Source of the DNA: Parcubacteria bacterium DG_74_1
Lineage (GTDB): Bacteria; Patescibacteriota; Minisyncoccia; Minisyncoccales; DG-74-1
DNA length: 64,000 nucleotides
Assembly: GCA_001303125.1 (NCBI GenBank)
Contig: LJNE01000006.1
Coordinates: forward strand, 9,169-73,168
Reading direction: 5' to 3'
Made by a program: the position numbers and the translations under genes. The notes beneath the pieces are model-generated. The model worked only from the letters and a program-made list of their open reading frames with translations, made no database searches and was not told the DNA's origin. This document shows, piece after piece, positions 36,757 through 44,267 of this stretch. Each line of letters opens with the position of its first letter. Positions within the stretch are counted from its first letter, which is position 1.

Positions 36757-37729
36757 GCATCAAAGAAGCGACAGAGAAATAGATTACCAAGGTTAAAACA
36801 TCTCTAACAATCGTAGCAAAGGGTCCAGAGCCAATGGCTGGGTCTTTTTTTAGACCTTGCAACAACCAAGGAACTAGAACAGCAATGAGACAAGCGCAAA
36901 TTACGGTCAAGAAAAGAGAGACGCCCAAAATAATTCCTATGTTCAAAAGCCCAAACCATAAAAAAGAAATCAAAGCAAGAAAGGCCCCTAATATCAAAGC
37001 GATGACAAGGCTAATTTTTATTTCTTTTAAAAAATATTTTCTTGCATCTAGTCGTGAATCTAGGGCCAGATTCCTGATAAATAAGGTTTGGGCTTGGACG
37101 CCAACTGCGTCAGCCATATAGACAATTAAGGGAATGAAGGCGGCTAGAACAAAATTAACCTTTAGGGGGCCCTCGAAAAAGGTGACTATTTTAGCGGCAA
37201 AAAGGCCTCCAAGAAGACCGAAAATCAACCAAGGGAGTCGAATCTTAGCCAGAACAGAGACCGGGAATTGTAAGGTTTTATTTAAAATGACATCACGTTT
37301 AGAAATTCCGGCAAAACGCAGAATATCTTCAACGTTTTCTGAATGTAGAATCCCCAGAATGACGTCTGAGGGGACAACGCCCAGAAAAATATCCTCTTTA
37401 TCAACTACCGGAACTGACTTAAGGTTATACTTTAAAGCTAAAATTGCTACTCTTTCCTGGTCGGTATGAGGACGAGCTCTTATAACGTCTTTTACCATCA
37501 GGTCTTTGACCTTACTTTCTTCTGGTTTCTGAAAAACATCTTTTAAAGAGAGAACGCCTGCTAGTTTCCCTTTTCGATCGATAATATAAACATAATTCAG
37601 GGTTTCAAAGTCATTGGCTTTTTCAAAAAGTCTTTTACGGATATCTGAAACTCTTTCTTCCGGTACGGCCTTAGGGACATCATCTATCATTCTTCTGCCG
37701 GCTGATTCTGGTGGATACCTATTAGACAT
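36743..37729 (-). CDS. mgtE: Magnesium transporter MgtE (CBS pair + TM domain, no N-domain)
   Basis: 328 aa. After the CBS region come FIPLIVYMADAVGVQAQTLFIRNLA and DPAIGSGPFATIVRDVLTLVIYF, the MgtE pore motifs. Confidence 0.85.
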   Translation of the reverse strand: MSNRYPPESAGRRMIDDVPKAVPEERVSDIRKRLFEKANDFETLNYVYIIDRKGKLAGVLSLKDVFQKPEESKVKDLMVKDVIRARPHTDQERVAILALKYNLKSVPVVDKEDIFLGVVPSDVILGILHSENVEDILRFAGISKRDVILNKTLQFPVSVLAKIRLPWLIFGLLGGLFAAKIVTFFEGPLKVNFVLAAFIPLIVYMADAVGVQAQTLFIRNLALDSRLDARKYFLKEIKISLVIALILGAFLALISFLWFGLLNIGIILGVSLFLTVICACLIAVLVPWLLQGLKKDPAIGSGPFATIVRDVLTLVIYFSVASLMLKFF

Positions 37730-37770
37730 TGTCTTATTTTAGTAAAATTAAAGGGTTAATGCCGCTACCA

Positions 37771-38736
37771 TTAGTCGTATTTTAAGTTAGAATATTTTCC
37801 GCAGCGGTCGTTCCAGCGGGCAACGACCTCTCCATCTATCCTGGCTTCAATTACTTCACAATTATTAGGGCAGCTTTTACATTGGAAAGAGGTACATTTT
37901 ATATTCTTATCTGAAATTTCAAAGCCTAAGAACTTAGTTTTTTGAGGATGATTTTCTTTAACAAGGAGCGCTACTCCAAAAGCTCCGATGACTGTGTTAT
38001 AAGGAGGAACAATAATTTTCTCTCCTAGGGCCTCTTTAAAGGCCCTTCTCATTCCTAAGTTCTCCGAAACCCCTCCCTGAAAGACAATGGGCGGCTTAAT
38101 ATTTTTTCCTTTAGCCACATTATTTAGAAAATTTCTTGCTAGCCCCTGGCAGAGACCAGCCACAATATCTTCAGTAGAATAACCAATTTGTTGTTTATGA
38201 ATCATGTCTGATTCAGCGAACACGGTACATCTTGATCCTATATTAGTTGGGTTGTCTGATCTCAAGGCTATTTCCCCAAATCTCTCAATTGGTAATTTTA
38301 AGCGAGAGGCCTGAGCATCAAGAAAAGAACCAGTACCAGCAGCACAAATAAGGTTCATAGCGAAATCAACCGCCACCCCATTTTCTAAAATAATAATCTT
38401 GGAATCCTGGCCACCGATTTCAATGACTGTTCTAACCTCGGGCACAAAAAAGGAAGCACCCTTGGCATGAGCCGTGATTTCATTTTTAACCAAATCTGCT
38501 CCAGTGATTACTCCGGCTAACTGGCGAGCCGAACCTGTAGTTCCTACGCCAGATACTTCAATGGCTGGATTATATTTTGAGATATAATTCTTTAACTCTT
38601 TCAGTCCCTTCTGAATAACCTCAATCGGATCTCCTTCTGTTCTCAAATAGAGCGAGCTCAAAATTTGGTTTTTCTCATCAATCAAAACCAGATTAGTAGA
38701 GATAGAGCCAACATCTATACCTAAATAAGTTTTCAT
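37771..38736 (-). CDS. BcrAD/BadFG/HgdC-type ATPase (radical-enzyme activase) with Cys-rich C-terminal tail
   Basis: 321 aa with the ASKHA-fold start LGIDVGSISTN and the cluster-helix Cys (ICAAGTGSF) plus a second Cys (GSRCTVFAESD). The extra tail is CTSFQCKSCPNNCEV..RCGKY. Confidence 0.8.
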   Translation of the reverse strand: MKTYLGIDVGSISTNLVLIDEKNQILSSLYLRTEGDPIEVIQKGLKELKNYISKYNPAIEVSGVGTTGSARQLAGVITGADLVKNEITAHAKGASFFVPEVRTVIEIGGQDSKIIILENGVAVDFAMNLICAAGTGSFLDAQASRLKLPIERFGEIALRSDNPTNIGSRCTVFAESDMIHKQQIGYSTEDIVAGLCQGLARNFLNNVAKGKNIKPPIVFQGGVSENLGMRRAFKEALGEKIIVPPYNTVIGAFGVALLVKENHPQKTKFLGFEISDKNIKCTSFQCKSCPNNCEVIEARIDGEVVARWNDRCGKYSNLKYD

Positions 38737-38741
38737 AATTA

Positions 38742-39833
38742 TTATTGTTTGCTATTATAATGATTTCTGACTACGTCTATAAAGGCCTCCAACCGAGTAT
38801 TGATTCCTGCCTCAGCTACTTGCTCATCTAAAGACAAAGACAAAAAGGGGATACCTGATTCCAAATGAATCTTTTCTAAAATTGGCCTGACCGTGACCTC
38901 CGGCATACAGCCGAAAGGTAATAAGTGGATTATACCGTCAAAGTCTTCTTTCACATAATGTAACATTTCATAAATAGCATCTCTTCCATGGCCGCCAACT
39001 GTGGAACGTAAATAGGGATTTATCTTTCTCTGAATTGTCCAGTCCTTCCAAGGAAAGACTAATTTTTTTAAATGATAAGTAATATCCATTTCCCGGTGGA
39101 CCTCAATCCCCTCTTTTCCCAGTTTACTTTCTAAATCAAAGTTAATACTTGGGTCGCAAACGGTATAAATTTCTCCCACTAAAGCTACTCTGGGAATTTT
39201 TTTATCTTTTTCAGTTTCAATTTCAGAAAAACTTTTCAAAATTTCTTTCCTCAGCCTTGGAAAATCTTTCTCCTTATTTAACTTCTCAAGTTCAGTAAGG
39301 CTCTCGGTCAACACCTGGTCAGTGGTTCCTTTTTTAATTTCTCTGGGACGATAGAATTGGGCTTTTTTCTCTATTTTTTCAATTAAACGCAGTTTTTTGA
39401 AAAAGAAACGAGCAGCTCTTATTATTTGCCAGGAAGAAGCACCAGAAATTTTTTTAATTGTTCGATAAATATCTCTGGGGGTAGCCCGGAAATCTAAAAA
39501 ATTAACTTGATGCCCGTTCTCTTCTAAAACCTTTTTCTGGATTGCTCCGTAATATCTCTGCCGGCAAGAGCCGCCAATATTTTGAACCATAAAAACAGTG
39601 TTGGCTCCCTTCCTTAAGCCGGGGAGAACATTGCCTAAGGTCGTTTTCAATGGAAAGCAATACATTTCTGGAGAAATCTTCGCCCCCTCGGCAATGGTGG
39701 TTGGATTGGTTGGTTCTGGAGGAATAACCTCTAAGCCAAGCTGATCAAAAATAGTCTTAAAAGCAATAGTATAATTTCCCCATCTGGCAAAAGTAATTAT
39801 TGTTTTTTTCATATTTTTAGCGCAGGGTATCAA
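38742..39833 (-). CDS. Acyl-CoA dehydratase activase-related protein (DUF2229-like), subunit 2
   Basis: 363 aa. ISPEMYCFPLKTTLGN, GGSCRQRYYG and C-terminal HLLPFGCMPE..IPFLSLSLDEQVAEAGINTRLEAFID. The C-terminal motif is shared with the neighbouring subunit. Confidence 0.6.
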   Translation of the reverse strand: MIPCAKNMKKTIITFARWGNYTIAFKTIFDQLGLEVIPPEPTNPTTIAEGAKISPEMYCFPLKTTLGNVLPGLRKGANTVFMVQNIGGSCRQRYYGAIQKKVLEENGHQVNFLDFRATPRDIYRTIKKISGASSWQIIRAARFFFKKLRLIEKIEKKAQFYRPREIKKGTTDQVLTESLTELEKLNKEKDFPRLRKEILKSFSEIETEKDKKIPRVALVGEIYTVCDPSINFDLESKLGKEGIEVHREMDITYHLKKLVFPWKDWTIQRKINPYLRSTVGGHGRDAIYEMLHYVKEDFDGIIHLLPFGCMPEVTVRPILEKIHLESGIPFLSLSLDEQVAEAGINTRLEAFIDVVRNHYNSKQ

Positions 39834-40722
39834 TAAAGGCTTCTAAGCGAGTTTGTAGACCGGCCTCTCCAGTTTGTTCATCAATTAATAAATATAAAAA
39901 GGGAATGCTATTTTGCTTAAATTTTTTTTCCACAAATTCTTTTAATACCGCGTCGCAGCCGCATTGGAAAGAGGAAATTTCAATCGCTCCAGTAATATTA
40001 TAGTCCAAGATGGCGTCGATTTTCTCCATCCACTCTTTTCCAAACTCCCAATGGAACTTTGGGTAATCTTTATCTTGGACTTTAGATCTTTGATTTATGG
40101 TTTCGTTTACTGGTGTCTCCTCAATAAAGATAGTTTGGGCTCCCAATTTTTCTAATTTTTCCTTTACTCTCAAATTCACATAATCATCGTAAAAATTATA
40201 AGGGTGGGAGACCAGCGTTATCTTCGTTGTTTTTTCTTCTATTTTTCTAAAAAAATTTTCTCTTTTTTCTCTCTCTTCGTCTTTTTCTTTTAAAAAAGCT
40301 TTTTCTCTGGCCCTCTTTACTTCTCTCTTCTCTCTGCCTATTTTTCTCCCTAATTTTGCGAGAGTTCCTTCAAGTGGTTCCTTTTTTTCATTAAATGTTT
40401 CGGTCAAAATTGGCGTTCTAACTAGGATCTTTGACAAATCAGGAAGCGCAAAGAATTTAGGACAATATTCAAGTTTTTCTGCGTTAGTTTTTAATCGTGG
40501 GACAAAAACCCAATCAACTTTCCCATCTAGCCACAGAAGGTGACCAAAAAAAACTTTCGTTGAGAAACAATTCTCCGGGTCAGAAACTCTTACTCCTGCC
40601 TCGACAAGCTCCTTATTGGTTTCTGGTGAAAGTAAAACTCTGAACCCTAGGTCTTCAAAAAAACTTTCCCAAAACTGAGGACGCTTCCAATAAATTAAAG
40701 CTCGCGGTATACCAATAGTCAT
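39817..40722 (-). CDS. Acyl-CoA dehydratase activase-related protein (DUF2229-like), subunit 1
   Basis: IGIPRALIYWKRPQFWESFFEDLGFRVLLSPETNKELVEAG..ENCFSTKVFFGH and the C-terminal SSFQCGCD..IPFLYLLIDEQTGEAGLQTRLEAFID. The start is trimmed to MTIGIPR (ATG at 40722), 1 nt after the stop of the upstream gene. Confidence 0.6.
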   Translation of the reverse strand: MTIGIPRALIYWKRPQFWESFFEDLGFRVLLSPETNKELVEAGVRVSDPENCFSTKVFFGHLLWLDGKVDWVFVPRLKTNAEKLEYCPKFFALPDLSKILVRTPILTETFNEKKEPLEGTLAKLGRKIGREKREVKRAREKAFLKEKDEEREKRENFFRKIEEKTTKITLVSHPYNFYDDYVNLRVKEKLEKLGAQTIFIEETPVNETINQRSKVQDKDYPKFHWEFGKEWMEKIDAILDYNITGAIEISSFQCGCDAVLKEFVEKKFKQNSIPFLYLLIDEQTGEAGLQTRLEAFIDTLR

Positions 40723-40723
40723 G

Positions 40724-41983
40724 TTAAAACAAGCTTTTCTGTTTAGAAAGTTTTTTTTGGTCACCTTCAGAAAAGATTCTGATCTTGCCGTAAACTCCAT
40801 CATAGCCAGGTTCAATATAAACCTTGCCTTCCCTAACTCTAATTATTCCCTCGGCGATTTCGGGTAGCGTAACCAGCTCTAATTCAGAACGAGAAGCCTC
40901 AAGTAAAACATTAAACTCAGAGCCAAATTTGTCAATAAGGCTCTTATATTCTGTTTTGGTCTGTTTCGTCCCCGACATTACTCCTAATGTATCGGCAATA
41001 ATTTCTTCTAAGGGAATCAAGCTCTTGAAAGGAAGAGCATTTTCTGGGTTAAAGCCTTCTGGCTTGTCAGCTAATTCGTCTATCCTATTTAAAACGCCAA
41101 TGGTTAAGGGTTTCCCGCAGTTAGGACAGATATTTCCTGCTTTTTTTGATTCTTGAGGAGAGAAAGAAACTCCGCATAATCTATGGCCATCGTAATGATA
41201 TTTCCCTTCTTGAGGAAAGAATTCAATGGTGCTAATTAGCTTTAGGGTTGCCGGCTCCTGACCCTGCCGCTTTATGGCAGTGATAATTGATTGATAAGTT
41301 AACTCGGAGCCCTCAAAAATATTGGCTTCCCGGCCTAATTTGGTTGGACTATGCGCGTCGCTGTTTGAAATTAAGGTAATCCTTCGACCGTCAGGCATGC
41401 GCCAGAGCATATCCGGGCTAGCCGAAAGTCCTGTTTCGCCAGCATAAATATATTCTGAATAGTTTCCGAAGCATTCTTCAATTGAATCAAACCCTGATTT
41501 TGAACCAAACAAAGAAAACCATGGCGTCATTAAGTGAGCAGGAACTATCAAACAATCTTTCGAGGCATTTAAAACAATTTTGGCTAATTCCTTGGCATCC
41601 AGTCCTAAAATGGGTCGGCCATCCGATTTTAGATTACCAATCCAACTTAAATGAGTATTAATTTTCTCAACTATTTCAAAAGAAGGGGCGAAAATTATAA
41701 TATGAATTTTTCTAACTTTTCCTGTTTTGGAATAAACACAGCTAATTTCAGAGGTCAAAACAAAGCGAGCTTCTGGACCGTTCCTTAATTTAAAAAGCCC
41801 TGGTTCGACAGGCTCTAGTGTTTCTTTCAAGCTTTTAAACCAATCGGGATGAGTAAAATCTCCGCTGCCTAAAATTTTGATTCCCTTTATCTTTGCCCAC
41901 TTACCAAGGTTCTCTAAATCCATATCTTTACTGGTCGCCCTGGAGTACCTTGAATGTAAATGAAAATCGGCAATAAATTGCAT
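40724..41983 (-). CDS. endoQ: Endonuclease Q-like PHP-domain nuclease with zinc finger
   Basis: 419 aa. ADFHLHSRYSRA, GSGDFTHP, SDGRPILGL, PAHLMTPW, NSDAHSP, CPNCGKPLTIGVLNRIDELAD and C-terminal PGYDGVYGKIRIF follow the archaeal EndoQ layout as I recall it. Confidence 0.7.
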   Translation of the reverse strand: MQFIADFHLHSRYSRATSKDMDLENLGKWAKIKGIKILGSGDFTHPDWFKSLKETLEPVEPGLFKLRNGPEARFVLTSEISCVYSKTGKVRKIHIIIFAPSFEIVEKINTHLSWIGNLKSDGRPILGLDAKELAKIVLNASKDCLIVPAHLMTPWFSLFGSKSGFDSIEECFGNYSEYIYAGETGLSASPDMLWRMPDGRRITLISNSDAHSPTKLGREANIFEGSELTYQSIITAIKRQGQEPATLKLISTIEFFPQEGKYHYDGHRLCGVSFSPQESKKAGNICPNCGKPLTIGVLNRIDELADKPEGFNPENALPFKSLIPLEEIIADTLGVMSGTKQTKTEYKSLIDKFGSEFNVLLEASRSELELVTLPEIAEGIIRVREGKVYIEPGYDGVYGKIRIFSEGDQKKLSKQKSLF

Positions 41984-41990
41984 TTTTACG

Positions 41991-42425
41991 TTATTTCTTC
42001 AAAAATTTCTCTTCTAATAGCCCAAAGCCGGTTAAAATAAAAAGAGCTAAAAAAGTAGTGAAACTGGCCAAAAAATAAAGTTTGGCACCAATGGCAATTC
42101 CAATGGCAGCGGCCGCCCATAATCCGGCAGCAGTAGTCAAGCCAATAACTCCTGAGGCTTGACGGAAAATAACTCCGGCGCCAATAAAACCAATACCAAC
42201 AGCAATGGCCATAATTATTCGTGAAGGATCAAAGCTGACGCCGGCTTTTTCAAAAAAGACATCGATATTAAACAATTCAAAAGAAATAATTGTAAAAAGG
42301 CAGGTACCTAAAGTAACTAAACTATAGGTTTGGAGGCCGGCCTCCTTTCTTTTGATTCCTCTTTCTAGGCCAATCAACGCACCAAAAATTGTAGCTAAAA
42401 TTAGCTGAAAGGCAGCTTCTCCCAT
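41991..42425 (-). CDS. mgtC: MgtC/SapB family membrane protein (membrane domain only)
   Basis: 144 aa with 4-5 TM helices. IGLERGIKRKEAGLQTYSLVTLG matches the MgtC N-terminal signature. Confidence 0.75.
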   Translation of the reverse strand: MGEAAFQLILATIFGALIGLERGIKRKEAGLQTYSLVTLGTCLFTIISFELFNIDVFFEKAGVSFDPSRIIMAIAVGIGFIGAGVIFRQASGVIGLTTAAGLWAAAAIGIAIGAKLYFLASFTTFLALFILTGFGLLEEKFLKK

Positions 42426-42444
42426 ACATTTTAGAATTCAGAGT

Positions 42445-42714
42445 TTAGAGTTTATATGCTTTATATCCGTCTCTAACTTTCTGGCTGACCTTTAAACCAA
42501 CTGAGTCGCCAGACTTAGCTTCCTTAACTTTTTGATGTTCAACCTCCATTGATTCAACAACTTGATTAAAGTCGGTTTCTCCCCCAACAATACGAATGGT
42601 ATCACCAACTTTCAAGGTGTCCGAAAGTTCAATTACTGCTACCCCAATGTTAGAAAAATAATGAGTGACTTTACCAATTAATTTTCCTTCTTCAGCTGGG
42701 GAAACTTCTTCCAT
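42445..42714 (-). CDS. Small EF-Tu domain-2-like beta-barrel protein
   Basis: 89 aa. GKVTHYFSNIGVAVIELSDTLKVGDTIRIVG..VESMEVEHQKVKEAKSGDSVGLKV resembles the translation-factor domain II barrel. Confidence 0.55.
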   Translation of the reverse strand: MEEVSPAEEGKLIGKVTHYFSNIGVAVIELSDTLKVGDTIRIVGGETDFNQVVESMEVEHQKVKEAKSGDSVGLKVSQKVRDGYKAYKL

Positions 42715-42807
42715 AAGTTAAGATATTTTAAATTATTTTTTAGCTCGTAGCGGTTTAAAAATAACTTGCTGGGGGAAATATATTAATTAAGCCCCGCTAA
42801 AAATCCA

Positions 42808-43267
42808 CTACAAAGCTTTAAATCGACCTTTGCTAAATTTCTTTTCTTTTTTAATGAGGGTAATTAATCTCTTAACTAGTCTCTGGAGATCTTTCTCGTA
42901 AATAATCTTTTTCACTCCTCGGTGAGGACCGGTAACAATTTTTTATCGGCAGCTTTTGTCATCATAATGTTTCTTTCTATGTAATCTGCTTTGTATAAAT
43001 CATTATATCAAAAGGAGACGAAGGAAGCCGATAGGTTTTTAGGTGAGCCGATTCTGAGGCAGCTGGTGAAAATCCGATACTAAATCCCCAGGCTTTGGCG
43101 CAGCCTAAAGCTGCGAAATAAGGGACGCCGGTTGTTGCTCCGGTAACCAAATTGCATTTCTGCCGGGCAACTTGTCTACCAATCTCTCTCGTTATCTCTT
43201 TTATTCTGCCGCAGCAATGATTGGCCTGGGCAGCTCCGGAAACAACAATCTCAAACTCATCTGCCAT
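42808..43267 (-). pseudogene. Degraded LOG/TIGR00725-like (SLOG Rossmann) gene
   Basis: The 96-aa ORF (42977-43267) has VSGAA..NLVTGATTGVPYFAALGCAKAWGFSIGFSPA..IMIYT and then stops. A shifted frame downstream (to 42808) reads KIVTGPHRGVKKIIYEKDLQRLVKRLITLIKKE. The central GG-GT-E region is missing and there is no Shine-Dalgarno before the ATG. Confidence 0.4.
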
Positions 43268-43282
43268 GTTTTTATTTTAGCA

Positions 43283-43316
43283 AATTAAAAGCGGAGAGTA
43301 AATCTCTCCGTTTTTA
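43283..43316 (-). terminator. Hairpin terminator (usable in both directions)
   Basis: CGGAGAG (43292-43298) / CTCTCCG (43304-43310) with a 5-nt loop. The minus strand continues CTTTTAATTT and the plus strand continues TTTTTAATG. Confidence 0.6.
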
Positions 43317-43498
43317 ATGAGGGGGCTCAGTCTTAATAAAATCGGTTAGATCGAATTCGCTGGAGTTGGCCTTAACCAGTGACGTCTTTTAAACCTCCTT
43401 TATCAAATACTGCGGCCTTAGAGAATAACATCTCGCACCCCCTCAATTCAATAATATTCATATGAAAATTAATGTCAAGTCCTGTTCTGTTTAAATTG

Positions 43499-43570
43499 TG
43501 TCCCCACCAGGAGTCGAACCTGGATCAATGGCTCCGGAGGCCATCACTCTATCCATTGAGCTATGGGGAC
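43499..43570 (-). tRNA. tRNA-Arg (anticodon CCG)
   Basis: The 72-nt cloverleaf folded by hand is GTCCCCA-TA-GCTC-AATGGATA-GAGT-G-ATGGC-CTCCGGA-GCCAT-TGAT-CCAGG-TTCGACT-CCTGG-TGGGGAC-A. The anticodon loop CT-CCG-GA has G37. CCA is not encoded. Confidence 0.92.
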
Positions 43571-43574
43571 AAAA

Positions 43575-44267
43575 TTATTTTTTAGCGATTAAATATATAT
43601 TATAATTCTTTGTCTCTTTTCTTCTAAAAATACCTACTTCTTTTACTCTTAGCCCTGTCCCCGTTATCAATTTGTCTAATTCTCTTTTTGTGAAACAATG
43701 AATATAGCGGTCAACTTTATTCTGCCACGGCACAAGAATATCTTTAAAATCTAGTTTCGTCTTCCCTAAAATTTTTAATATAGAAAATTTAATTATTTTT
43801 CTAAAATAGCTATATTGCGGCCAAAGGTTCCAAACGGTTATGAAAAAAATTCCGCCGGGGCGCAAAACTCTTTCAGCTTCTTTTATGAATCGTCTTCTAA
43901 AATAGGTCGAGGGGATATGGTGCAAAACTGCAATACAAAAAATTTTGTCGAAATAACTATCTTGGAATGGTAAATTTAAACTATCTGCTACTAAAAATTC
44001 AGCCCCCGGATTTCTTCTTTTAGCTATTTCGATAAGCTTTTCAGAATTATCTATCCCGATATAAACGATATTTTCACCCTTAAAAAGCTCAAGTAATCTG
44101 CCATTTCCACATCCTAAATCGAGCACTTTATCTCCTTCGTTTATGTATTTACTAAATAAATTAAGCTCTGGCCAGGCTGAGTATCGACTGCTTGAAAAGT
44201 CTTCGGCAATTAGATTATAATCTTCTTGAGTTTTTCTCATTAAATATTCGGCGTATTCTCTTTCCAT
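43575..44267 (-). CDS. Trm9/ALKBH8-like class I SAM methyltransferase
   Basis: YNLIAEDFSSSRYSAWPEL..VLDLGCGNGRL..VADSLNLPFQDSYFDKIFCIAVLHHI..ERVLRPGGIFFITVWN follows the Trm9 pattern (IAxxFSxTRxxxWP, GCGNGK, IAVxHH, RVLRPGG). The start is either the ATG at 44267 (MEREYAEY) or the one at 44285. Confidence 0.7.
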   Translation of the reverse strand: MEREYAEYLMRKTQEDYNLIAEDFSSSRYSAWPELNLFSKYINEGDKVLDLGCGNGRLLELFKGENIVYIGIDNSEKLIEIAKRRNPGAEFLVADSLNLPFQDSYFDKIFCIAVLHHIPSTYFRRRFIKEAERVLRPGGIFFITVWNLWPQYSYFRKIIKFSILKILGKTKLDFKDILVPWQNKVDRYIHCFTKRELDKLITGTGLRVKEVGIFRRKETKNYNIYLIAKK

